Positions 44,758 through 53,776 of a DNA stretch of 64,000 bases are shown piece by piece. Position numbers and translations under genes: made by a program. The DNA is from Spirochaetia bacterium (GTDB lineage: Bacteria > Spirochaetota > Spirochaetia > WTKD01 > G963693115): assembly GCA_965226055.1 (NCBI GenBank), contig CBDDCA010000006.1:544001-608000 (forward strand). Reading direction: 5' to 3'. Within the stretch, counting starts at the first letter, position 1. Each line of letters starts with the position of its first letter. The notes under the pieces are model-generated. The model searched no databases, was not told the origin of the DNA, and was given only the letters and a program-made list of their open reading frames with translations.

Positions 44758-46023
44758 TTAGTTATCGAAAATTCTCTTTCGTTCCTTTTCCATCGTTGCT
44801 CTAATCTCTGCTTCCTCATTAGGTTGCACCATAAAACGCTGAAACCCTTCCATGCCCTTTTTTGCCATCTCAGGAGTGGTGTCCCTGTCATAAAATTGAG
44901 CAAGCCCTTCCGCTGAGCTGAGTACCGCAAACCCTTGCTTAAGAAATCTATCAGTAGGTTCTGTTGAGGTTACATTAGGAGAAAGCCCCCCACCTGTTTC
45001 TGATATAAATCTTGCATTATCTGCTCTTCCAACAAAAGCAAGAAATTTTTTCGCATCTTCTTTATTTTTAGCTCTGCTTGGAATATGTATAGTATCCGTT
45101 GGAGCGTCTTCAAATATACCAATAGAAGCATTTATTATAGGAAACTGAAAATACCCACTCACATCCTTTATTCCAGCAATTTCTAAATCTGGCACTATAA
45201 AATTACCAATAAGATACATAGCCGCTGTTCCATTAATAAAGGGAGCTGTCGCCTCTTGTCGTGAATAAGTAGCATGGTTCTCTAAAAAGTAACCTTTCTC
45301 TATTAGCTCTCCCCATGTATCAAACACTGCATCTAAGCGAGCATCTTCATAGCTTATTTTTCCTTCCATCAATTCCATATGAAAATCATAGCCATTTATT
45401 CTTAAATTGAGATAATCAAACCATCCCGCTGCAGTCCATAAATGCTTCGTTCCTATAGCAATAGGAGTAATACCATTCTTCTTAAGCGTTGCACAGGCAG
45501 CAAGAAACTCATCCCATGTTGTAGGTATCGCTATACCGTACTGTTCAAATATATCACTTCGATAATACATTCCCCATTGATAATACAAATAAGGCACTCC
45601 ATACTGTTTTCCATCAATAGTAAGTGATTTCAATGAAGAAGCAAGCTGTGTTTTAAAATCATTCTCTGCCCATACATCACTCACATCTTCAAATAGCCCT
45701 TGATCAACAAAAAATTTCATACGATTTCCTGCATACCACATAGCAATATCAGGAGCCTCAGAGCTAAGAGAGTTTCGTATATTTGTTTTATATGCTTCAT
45801 GAGCAAATGAAGTAAGCTGTACATCAATATCTGGATGCTCATTTTCAAAACGTTGCACAGTATCTTCCCATCCCTTTTTAAGAGCAGGATCTGATGCATT
45901 AGAATATATCACTAATACACGTTTTTCATCTGAGCTAGCTTCACCATCGCCACCAGCAAAAATATTTATTGTTGCATATGCACCAAACACTATAACAAGA
46001 AAAAACACTGATATTTTTTTCAT
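44758..46023 (-). CDS. Oligosaccharide ABC substrate-binding protein, paralogue 3 of 3
   Basis: As paralogue 1; start re-called at 46023. Confidence 0.92.
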   Translation of the reverse strand: MKKISVFFLVIVFGAYATINIFAGGDGEASSDEKRVLVIYSNASDPALKKGWEDTVQRFENEHPDIDVQLTSFAHEAYKTNIRNSLSSEAPDIAMWYAGNRMKFFVDQGLFEDVSDVWAENDFKTQLASSLKSLTIDGKQYGVPYLYYQWGMYYRSDIFEQYGIAIPTTWDEFLAACATLKKNGITPIAIGTKHLWTAAGWFDYLNLRINGYDFHMELMEGKISYEDARLDAVFDTWGELIEKGYFLENHATYSRQEATAPFINGTAAMYLIGNFIVPDLEIAGIKDVSGYFQFPIINASIGIFEDAPTDTIHIPSRAKNKEDAKKFLAFVGRADNARFISETGGGLSPNVTSTEPTDRFLKQGFAVLSSAEGLAQFYDRDTTPEMAKKGMEGFQRFMVQPNEEAEIRATMEKERKRIFDN

Positions 46024-46209
46024 ACACTCCTCCATATAAATAATAACTACTATAGTAAGTATACTACATACTTTATATTTAAGTTTATTAGTTATTCGAT
46101 TTAAAAACTCTAATTTCTGAGCCTTAGGGAATTATATGCAATGATAATCCAACAAAATTAAATAATTTTTGTTCTAAAATAAAAATGTAAAACATGTTAT
46201 TATGGAATT

Positions 46210-46407
46210 ATGAGTAGAAATAATAAACTAATACAAACTTCTGATGATATCCCATCTTTTGAAATTAGTGAATACATGAAAAAACAAGAATATGTAAACT
46301 TCCCCTCAAAGAAGAAATTTTTTCAACATATAATACTCCCTATAATAATACCCATAATACCTATAATACCTATAATATTGCAAGCATTCAAAGAAGATAA
46401 AGAATAG
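46210..46407 (+). CDS. Small protein with a C-terminal hydrophobic (IIP)n segment
   Basis: Extended -10 TGTTATTAT 6 nt before ATG; one hydrophobic stretch. Confidence 0.5.
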   Translation: MSRNNKLIQTSDDIPSFEISEYMKKQEYVNFPSKKKFFQHIILPIIIPIIPIIPIILQAFKEDKE

Positions 46408-46441
46408 TTCTATAATAATTTGATTTTGATACAGAAAAAAT

Positions 46442-47023
46442 TTAATAATATATAACAAGAATATTTATTAAAAATAGTATAGTTACTATAAAAAGTAGTG
46501 TAATCCCCATTAAAAATTGCCACAATCCTAATATAAATAAAGAATCTTGCTTTTTCGACAATTTATGTTTTTCATCTATTATATCTTCTAATAATGGTAT
46601 TATTCCTATTTTTGTACTTTTACTATTTACATACGGGTTTTTACTAAAAATGTTTGAGGGAGGGAGATATGGGAAAGCTACTACTCTCCCTGCTCTTAAT
46701 ATATAGGTAGAGATCATAAATGCACCAAGAAAAAAACATAAAGAATAAATTAGGAGTATCATTATAACAGGAAACAAACTTGCATGTACCCACTCTATCT
46801 TACTATTTGGGATTCCTACTGATATAGATAATATTGATGTTATTAAGAGTATACACCCAGTTAATAAAATTGTAGATTTTCTATTACATCTATCTAATAC
46901 TTTTTCTTTACTCTTAATAAGCTGCATTGCATTATCATAAACAAATTCTATCTTTTCAGGATCAGCTTTTAATTTTTCTTTATCTAAATTGTTCCAGAGC
47001 TCTTTAAATTTTTCTTCTGCCAT
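46442..47023 (-). CDS. 3-TM hypothetical membrane protein
   Basis: Three hydrophobic helices; start re-called at ATG 47023 (TATCAT-N6-ATG). Confidence 0.65.
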   Translation of the reverse strand: MAEEKFKELWNNLDKEKLKADPEKIEFVYDNAMQLIKSKEKVLDRCNRKSTILLTGCILLITSILSISVGIPNSKIEWVHASLFPVIMILLIYSLCFFLGAFMISTYILRAGRVVAFPYLPPSNIFSKNPYVNSKSTKIGIIPLLEDIIDEKHKLSKKQDSLFILGLWQFLMGITLLFIVTILFLINILVIYY

Positions 47024-47386
47024 ATATATATGATACAAAATTATACAGAATATTTAGGATTTTTAGGTTTTTTATTCATTTTTTGAAATTTGCTAAAGCC
47101 TTTTGCTGTCGCAATTAATCTTTGAGTTCACATTATTAATTATTTTGATTTTGGAAAATTATTGACTTTACTGTATGGTTAGTATGTAAGATAATAATAA
47201 ATCATTATTCTTACCCCCAAGTGTTTATAAGGAAATAGATACAGCAATGTTGATTCTGAACAAAATATTATATGAATAGATTACTCATATAAACATTTAC
47301 TTTATATACAAATGAATGATTTTTTAATATATTGTTTGGTAAAATTAAGTAAAATGTGAAGAATTTACACCCTCTACACTCTCCTT

Positions 47387-47421
47387 TATCTCTGTACTTG
47401 AACAATTCAAGTACAGAGATA
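47387..47421 (-). terminator. Perfect 16-bp stem hairpin downstream of the RelE-like gene
   Basis: TATCTCTGTACTTGAA-CAA-TTCAAGTACAGAGATA; no clear U-tract. Confidence 0.55.
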
Positions 47422-47432
47422 CAAGTGGTTTT

Positions 47433-47744
47433 TTAGGCTCTGTTGGCCATATTTTTATATTTTTTTTTCATTCCTTCTTTGGAACTTACATCGTATAATT
47501 TGATAAATTTCTCTTTAGCATTAAAAACAAATGTTATTCTGTATTTTCTGCCTATTTTTAACTGTCTTATATTTGCTTTACAACCTTTTAGTTGTTTTGA
47601 GCTCTTTATGATAGAATTAGGATATTTGATAACCTCTCCTATCTGATTCTTTATTTCTACTTCTAGTTTCTTCATATGTTTTTTAAATCTTTTGGATTCA
47701 TAAATAATGATTTCTGTTTTCTCTTTCTGTTCATTTACACTCAT
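47433..47744 (-). CDS. RelE/ParE-superfamily toxin-like protein
   Basis: Basic 103-aa protein with SKRFKKHMKKL, KQLKG, RQLKIGRKYRITF pattern. Confidence 0.72.
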   Translation of the reverse strand: MSVNEQKEKTEIIIYESKRFKKHMKKLEVEIKNQIGEVIKYPNSIIKSSKQLKGCKANIRQLKIGRKYRITFVFNAKEKFIKLYDVSSKEGMKKKYKNMANRA

Positions 47745-47962
47745 ATAGAGGTATATTCCCTTTTTATATAAAATATTTTCATTTTTTACTCCTTATTATT
47801 TTGATAATTTTTTATATATCATTTCTTCAAAAAACAAACTTCCTAATCAAATTCTGTCATAAGACCCCCCCTCTTTTCTATTAATTTTTATCATATATTC
47901 TCATAATAGCAAAAAACAAACTTCATGGCAAGGCACTAATACAATTTTATAGAAAACTAATT

Positions 47963-48295
47963 TTATTGTAATGTATTATTTTCGAAATCCATCATTGCAA
48001 TATGCTCATCATCAGTAATAATCAAAAATCCATACAGATTACTAAATTTTCTTAGTGCTTTTAACTGATCTTTGTCAAGCTTTGGAAAAACAAATTCATC
48101 AAGCTCTTCTGTTTCTATAAATGTATGTTTAGCTACATCATAGTCTTGTTCATATTCTAGTTTATATTCTATATTATTTGATTTACAATATTTTTCAATA
48201 GTAGATACATTTTCTTTATTTTCATCTAATATATATGCATTTGCCTGCACAGTTCCTTCAAATTCAGTATATGGAAGAGATATACGCTGTTTCAT
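47963..48295 (-). CDS. Acidic hypothetical protein
   Basis: Open frame; start re-called at ATG 48295 (TATTAT-N6-ATG). Confidence 0.6.
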   Translation of the reverse strand: MKQRISLPYTEFEGTVQANAYILDENKENVSTIEKYCKSNNIEYKLEYEQDYDVAKHTFIETEELDEFVFPKLDKDQLKALRKFSNLYGFLIITDDEHIAMMDFENNTLQ

Positions 48296-48539
48296 TATTC
48301 TATAATACAATAAATTGTTCAAAATATGTCAAAATTACAGAAATTTTCTATTTGTATAAATTTAGAGAGTATTATTGTAATAATTCCAAAAGTAAAATAT
48401 AAGAAAAATATTTAGTAAAAATTTTTCTTATCTCTTTCTTGGCATTTCTTTCTGAATTATCTCATTTTTCAGTTATCCATGCCAGCCCCAAAATATATTA
48501 TTTTTCTATAAAAGCATTTCATTATTATTGTAATATATA

Positions 48540-48568
48540 TTGACAATAAAATGAATAATTATTATAAT
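48540..48568 (+). promoter_or_regulatory. Consensus sigma70 promoter (leaderless layout)
   Basis: TTGACA-N17-TATAAT, 6 nt before ATG 48575. Confidence 0.8.
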
Positions 48569-48574
48569 ATAAAA

Positions 48575-48850
48575 ATGAAAAAAAGAAGAAATAAAAATGA
48601 AATTATTGATAGTTTGCTGACAGAATCTAGCGAAGATAGTAATAAACCACATGTATTAAATATAAAAATCTCTTCTGATATATACGACTTAATTAAAAAA
48701 TATAAGATTCTAAACACTAAAGTATTGCATGGTAAACTCCCTAGTACTAGTGATGCTGTAGCAGATTTAATTGAGCTTGCTATTACTGACGATTTACCTG
48801 ATAAAATAAGAGAAAAGTACCCACAGGCAAACAAAAAAGAGGAAGAGTAG
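48575..48850 (+). CDS. Small hypothetical protein, possibly ribbon-helix-helix DNA-binding
   Basis: VLNIKIS strand, helix, then STSDAVADLIE helix. Confidence 0.55.
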   Translation: MKKRRNKNEIIDSLLTESSEDSNKPHVLNIKISSDIYDLIKKYKILNTKVLHGKLPSTSDAVADLIELAITDDLPDKIREKYPQANKKEEE

Positions 48851-49081
48851 AAACTAAAAAAAGAAAGATTTACCTAAAAAGGTTAAACCTATTTTTTATG
48901 GAAAAATAAAGGTGTATTAGTATAAGTAATTCCTAAGGCACACATTTCAACCCCCGGGAACTATATACATAGTAGCCATTGATAAATAATTAAAAATAAA
49001 CATCGAATAATACATTATATAGTAGCATCCTAATTTCAGTCTTTTATATACAAATGAGGTTATCTATTATTAAAAAGCTAT

Positions 49082-49240
49082 TTATACTTTCAGTCGCTGT
49101 TTAGAATTATCAGACTTATTTTTTTCTTTCTGTTGCTTTTTATATTCCTCTAACTCTTTAGGATGAGTAGTAGCTACCATCTGTACCAATTCTTCAAAAC
49201 TTACAGGCAGAGGAAGAGGCGGCATTATATTTTCCTTCAT
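49082..49240 (-). CDS. 52-aa ORF inside the IS1595, downstream of the transposase
   Basis: Manual translation MKENIMPPLPLPVSFEELVQMVATTHPKELEEYKKQQ...KV*. Confidence 0.45.
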   Translation of the reverse strand: MKENIMPPLPLPVSFEELVQMVATTHPKELEEYKKQQKEKNKSDNSKQRLKV

Positions 49241-49247
49241 ATACTTA

Positions 49248-50171
49248 TTATACCTTTTTTATATCTTGGAATGTTCTTATTTTGTCTAAGCCATGTTTAC
49301 AAGTAAAAGTGATAAATTGTTTTACTGTAGCCTTTGTCATATTGAGCCGAAAACTAAATTCATTGACATAGCGTTGTAAGTGCTTTTTACTTATACTATG
49401 GAATATCCCATACACTCCTCTTTTCAATAACGCCCAGAAGCTCTCTATTCCATTTGTATGGGCCATACCATCGACATACTGCTTTGCGCTATGATTTACT
49501 GTTTCGTGTGTATATCCATACCAATCAAGTCCTATATACCCTTTATGCTCATCTGTATAGATGGTAGTGTTCGGCTCTACTCTTTGTAATATCATTCTTT
49601 CTAATGTATCCTGTGAGGTGTCTTGTACCACCTTTCCTTGTACAAAGCCCTCTCTTTCTTTTATTCCTACTACTATTGCCTTTAGCATAGCTCCTTCTTT
49701 TCCATGTCGCTTTTTATCACTATGTTTGTTCTTTTCTTTCCCGCCTATATACGCCTCGTCTATTTCTACTGTCCCACTATGAGTAGTCTTAAAGCCATAG
49801 CATTCTCTTACTTTCTGGAGCATATACCACGCTGATTTCTGTGTAATTCCCAATTCTCTTGATAATTGTAAACTTGCTATTCCTTTTTTATTTATTTTTA
49901 TAAGATACATAGTGTAGAGCCATGATTGCACACTTATTTTACTTGCTTGCATAATAGTGCCTGTTTTTACTGTAAATCGTTTTCTACAATCTTTACATCT
50001 ATACGGCTGTTTTTGATGTATTCCTTCTCGTATGTTATTGCTCTTACAATAAGGACACTGTGTATTCCTTTTTTTCCATCGTATCTGTTCAAATACCTTT
50101 ATCGCTTGATCCTCTGTAGGGGCATAGCTACTAAAAAACTCTTTTACACTCATTTCTTTTTGTTGTTTCAT
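49248..50171 (-). CDS. IS1595-family transposase
   Basis: Zn ribbon CPYC...CKDC, HTH, VEIDE, YTDE, HTNGIESFW, YVNEF; start re-called at 50171 behind TTGACA-N17-TATTAT. Confidence 0.95.
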   Translation of the reverse strand: MKQQKEMSVKEFFSSYAPTEDQAIKVFEQIRWKKRNTQCPYCKSNNIREGIHQKQPYRCKDCRKRFTVKTGTIMQASKISVQSWLYTMYLIKINKKGIASLQLSRELGITQKSAWYMLQKVRECYGFKTTHSGTVEIDEAYIGGKEKNKHSDKKRHGKEGAMLKAIVVGIKEREGFVQGKVVQDTSQDTLERMILQRVEPNTTIYTDEHKGYIGLDWYGYTHETVNHSAKQYVDGMAHTNGIESFWALLKRGVYGIFHSISKKHLQRYVNEFSFRLNMTKATVKQFITFTCKHGLDKIRTFQDIKKV

Positions 50172-50254
50172 AAGGATATAATAGCCCTTTTGTGAGTTAT
50201 TGTCAAGTATTTTGTCTTTACTGTTCCTTTCGGGCTTCAATGTATATAGTTCCC

Positions 50255-51335
50255 CACGAGTTCAAGGATTAAATGCGACAAAGGAGCAAAAAAAGTAAGA
50301 AAAAATAAAAAAAGGAGACACTCTATAATTGTATAAACGAAACAAATTAGGAGGTCTCCTTTATGAGTATACCAAAAAACTCATTTCGTCATCTGACAGA
50401 CAAAGATCGTACTATTATCGCTACGCTCCGTCATGCAAAGTACAGTATCAATGCTATAGCCAAACGCCTCAGTGTCCATCGCAGCACTGTCTATCGTGAA
50501 ATACAACGCAATGGAGGCAAACATGTCTATAATGAAGTCATTGCTCACAGACAGGCAAGAAAACGATGGGATAAGAGCCATAAAAAACTCTCTATTCCTT
50601 CTCATACTATTCGTACCTATATCGTTTTTCACCTTATATTCGATGGCTGGTCGCCTGAACAAATAGCAGGAAGGCTCAGTATTGATATGCCTCAGTATAC
50701 TATCAGTCATGAGACAATATATCACTTTATTTATCGTTTTGCTCCTCATTTGACACAGTATCTGCGAAAACAGCACCAAACACGCAAAAAAAGAAGAGTA
50801 TCTCGTTCTTTTTCTGTTTCTCGTATCCCTCATCGTGTCTCAGTACACGAACGAGGCGATGTTTCTAATGAATATGGCCACTGGGAAGTAGATCTTGTTG
50901 GCTCTTCTTCAAAAGCTACTGTGCTTGCTTTAGTGGAAAAACATACCCGTTATGTTCTTTTTCATAAGATACCTGACAAAACTGCTCATACCGTACAGTA
51001 TGGCATGCTCTTTGCTCTAAGGAACATACCACGCCATTTATGTAACAGTTTCACTTATGATAATGGGAGTGAATTTATGCTCCATACTGAAATAAATACA
51101 CGCCTGAATGCTCGTTCTTATTTTTGTACTCCTTACTGTGCTTGGGAAAAAGGATTAGTCGAACATTCTATTGGATTATTACGTCAGTACTTTCCTAAGA
51201 AGACTTTGTTTCATAGAGTCAAGCAAAGTGATATACTACAAGTACAAACGCTTATCAATCATAGACCACGAAAATGTCTTCATTTTTTGACCTCTGCTGA
51301 AGCCTTTTCTGTCGCATTTAGTCCTTGAATCCGCA
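50255..51335 (+). mobile_element. IS30-family insertion sequence
   Basis: 26-bp imperfect IRs CACGAGTTCAAGGATTAAATGCGACA / TGCGGATTCAAGGACTAAATGCGACA; CCC on both flanks. Confidence 0.92.
50363..51328 (+). CDS. IS30-family transposase
   Basis: HTH (HRSTVYREIQRN), WSPEQI, GHWEVD, DNGSEF, EKGLVE, NHRPRK. Confidence 0.96.
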   Translation: MSIPKNSFRHLTDKDRTIIATLRHAKYSINAIAKRLSVHRSTVYREIQRNGGKHVYNEVIAHRQARKRWDKSHKKLSIPSHTIRTYIVFHLIFDGWSPEQIAGRLSIDMPQYTISHETIYHFIYRFAPHLTQYLRKQHQTRKKRRVSRSFSVSRIPHRVSVHERGDVSNEYGHWEVDLVGSSSKATVLALVEKHTRYVLFHKIPDKTAHTVQYGMLFALRNIPRHLCNSFTYDNGSEFMLHTEINTRLNARSYFCTPYCAWEKGLVEHSIGLLRQYFPKKTLFHRVKQSDILQVQTLINHRPRKCLHFLTSAEAFSVAFSP

Positions 51336-51393
51336 CCCCAACCCCCCAACTCCTTGACTAATCTCTCCTTACTATAGTATACTTACATGTAAG

Positions 51394-51549
51394 ATGAAAG
51401 CGACATATCAACCCAGTAGAGTAAAGCGGTTAAGAAAATTTGGCTTTAGGGCACGTATGAGCAGTGCCTCTGGACAAAATGTACTTAAAAGAAGAAGAGC
51501 AAAAGGACGAAAAAAACTCACTGTCTCAGACGAAAAAAAGCCATACTAA
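51394..51549 (+). CDS. rpmH: 50S ribosomal protein L34
   Basis: Manual translation [51 protein letters not shown]. Confidence 0.97.
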   Translation: MKATYQPSRVKRLRKFGFRARMSSASGQNVLKRRRAKGRKKLTVSDEKKPY

Positions 51550-51556
51550 TACCATA

Positions 51557-51961
51557 GTGTATAGTAATGCTAGTAATCGTACACACAACACTATTATTAC
51601 TTTACGAAAGCGTTCGGAAATTGCAATGGTATTTAAGACAGGAAAATGGTTTCGAGGAGCTTCTGTTTCATTGGTAGTAGGGAGAAATATATCTTCTCAT
51701 GGTGACTCTGAAACATGCCGATTTCTGATAACTACAAAAGGAATTAAGAACAAGCCAAAAAGAAATCAGTTAAAAAGAAAAATACGCGAACATATACGAA
51801 GCTTTTATCGTATAATTACATCGCAAGAGAAGAACAAAGAAGGAACATATAGAGATATAGCATTTATAGCATCTAATCCAAATATCAGTTTTACAGCACT
51901 AGGCAGCGAGATGCATACATTACTTCAACGAGCAAACATAGTAAAAAAACAAATGACATAA
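51557..51961 (+). CDS. rnpA: Ribonuclease P protein component
   Basis: Between rpmH and yidC; LRKRSEI..VF..G and KRNQLKRKIRE (RNR-like); start codon uncertain (GTG 51557). Confidence 0.82.
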   Translation: MYSNASNRTHNTIITLRKRSEIAMVFKTGKWFRGASVSLVVGRNISSHGDSETCRFLITTKGIKNKPKRNQLKRKIREHIRSFYRIITSQEKNKEGTYRDIAFIASNPNISFTALGSEMHTLLQRANIVKKQMT

Positions 51962-52018
51962 AGATAGTCATACACAAAGCTAACAATAGATTATTTTTTA
52001 CAATATTGAGGACAATAC

Positions 52019-53776
52019 ATGAGCAAAAATTTAGTAATAACGATACTCCTATCAACAATTATTTTATATGTTGGTATGTACATTCAGCAAAGATACTTTA
52101 CCCCCCCTCCTTTACCTGATACTTCCAGTACTACCGTTACTTCTCCTCAAGAAAAAGATATACATATTATACCTATTGCTACCGAACAGCCGTTGCCAGA
52201 AAAATCTATACAAATGTCAACCAACAAATTTGATATTACTCTCTCTACAAAAAATGCAAGCGTAACATCATTTCAGATAAAAAATGAAACAGGAACTTCC
52301 GAAACCCATGTTGAACTTATCCCTTTAGGAGATAGCCATACTACATTTACGCTTACGCTAGGAAGCGATGATACTGCATTAAAAGACGATGTACTGTTTG
52401 ATTATGTTGCATATCCACAAGAAAAAAAAGTAGAATTTTTTCGAGATTTTATACACCAAGAAAATGGACAGGAATTTACCCTAAAAAAAACCTATCAATT
52501 TAAGGACGATGAATACCTTTTTGAAATTATAGTACTACTACAAAATAAGAAAAATGAAATTTTACGACTTGGAGACACAACATACACATTGTATTTTGGT
52601 CCACAACTAGGTCCCGTAGAAGAAGTTCTCTCTTCACAAAAATCACGTCAAATAAGCCAACGAAAATTTATCAGTTTTGACGGAAAAAAAAGAAGGAATA
52701 TAAATGTACGAAAAAACAATGTTGTAGAACACGATACCCTGTACCAATGGGTAGGAATATCAGGACGATATTTTTCTCTCTTCTTAGTTCCCGGTAATGG
52801 AAAATATACATCAATTTTTTCCACAACGCCACAAGAACAATTAGCTTCTACTGCACAAATTACCTTAGAGAGAAATACAATACAAAGTGCTGCAATAGAA
52901 GATGTCCATAGAATATACATTGGTCCTCACACAAAAAATCAACTCAAAAAATATAATAACGCTCAAGACAATGCATTTAAGGTATCAGGATTGTCACTGG
53001 ATAAAAGTATCCCTAGCAGATTACTTGGGTTTTTAGAAAGAATATGGCTTGCAATATTACGAATATCTTACTCAATTATTCCTAATTACGGTGTTGCCAT
53101 CATTATGCTCACCTTGCTTATTCGCCTATCAACATATCCTATTTTAAGAAAAAGTAAAACAAATGGCGAAAAAATGAAATTGCTTGCGCCAAAACTACAA
53201 GAAATCAAAGAAAAGTATCCAAATGACAACATGAAACAAAGCCAAGAAATAATGGCATTATACAAAAATTATGGATTTTCTCCATTAAGCTCTTTTCTTC
53301 CTCTCTTACTGCAACTTCCTATCTTTCTTTCAATGTATAGAGTTATATCAGAGAGTTTTGAATTTTTTAAGGCACCATTTTTTGGCTGGATAGACGATCT
53401 TTCCAGCCCTGATGCACTACTATCATTTGGGGACTTTAAGATCCCTATTCTTGGTTGGACTGAATTTCATATCCTCCCAATAATTATGCTATTAACACAA
53501 TATGTATCCAGTTATATCATGCTAAAACAACAAAGAGGACAAAATGTAGGATCTCAAAAAATTATGTTCATTCTTTCATATGTATTTCCTTTTATTATTT
53601 TCTTTGCTCTGTATAACTCACCTTCAGGACTGATATTATATTGGATAACATCAAATTTTGTTACTATAATAAGTATCTTTGATAATAATACTAAGCAGGT
53701 GACACTTTCACCTGTAAAGAAAAAGGAGAATCCATGGAAAAAATATTTGAGGCAAGGACAGAACGCGAGGCGGTAG
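52019..53776 (+). CDS. yidC: Membrane protein insertase YidC
   Basis: NYGVAII.LT..IR, LLQLPIF, WIDDLS.PD, PSGLILYW. Confidence 0.95.
   Translation: MSKNLVITILLSTIILYVGMYIQQRYFTPPPLPDTSSTTVTSPQEKDIHIIPIATEQPLPEKSIQMSTNKFDITLSTKNASVTSFQIKNETGTSETHVELIPLGDSHTTFTLTLGSDDTALKDDVLFDYVAYPQEKKVEFFRDFIHQENGQEFTLKKTYQFKDDEYLFEIIVLLQNKKNEILRLGDTTYTLYFGPQLGPVEEVLSSQKSRQISQRKFISFDGKKRRNINVRKNNVVEHDTLYQWVGISGRYFSLFLVPGNGKYTSIFSTTPQEQLASTAQITLERNTIQSAAIEDVHRIYIGPHTKNQLKKYNNAQDNAFKVSGLSLDKSIPSRLLGFLERIWLAILRISYSIIPNYGVAIIMLTLLIRLSTYPILRKSKTNGEKMKLLAPKLQEIKEKYPNDNMKQSQEIMALYKNYGFSPLSSFLPLLLQLPIFLSMYRVISESFEFFKAPFFGWIDDLSSPDALLSFGDFKIPILGWTEFHILPIIMLLTQYVSSYIMLKQQRGQNVGSQKIMFILSYVFPFIIFFALYNSPSGLILYWITSNFVTIISIFDNNTKQVTLSPVKKKENPWKKYLRQGQNARR

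Larger units (their letters stand above)
48956..50254 (-). mobile_element. IS1595-family insertion sequence
   Basis: Perfect 15-bp IRs GGGAACTATATACAT (48956-48970 and 50240-50254); 8-bp direct repeat CAACCCCC at 48948-48955 and 51339-51346. Confidence 0.92.

Noticed and set aside
41304-45899. Recurring small ORFs (41304-41570, 42835-43095, 44688-44930, 42294-42476, 43819-44001, 45717-45899)
   Set aside because: Alternate-frame shadows of the three SBP paralogues; they recur only because the DNA is duplicated
46100-48950. Integron cassette array
   Set aside because: Genes are in mixed orientation with their own promoters; no repeated attC-like sites and no integrase
51336-51560. oriC/dnaA expected next to rpmH
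   Set aside because: No dnaA gene and no cluster of TTATCCACA boxes seen; IS elements lie upstream instead
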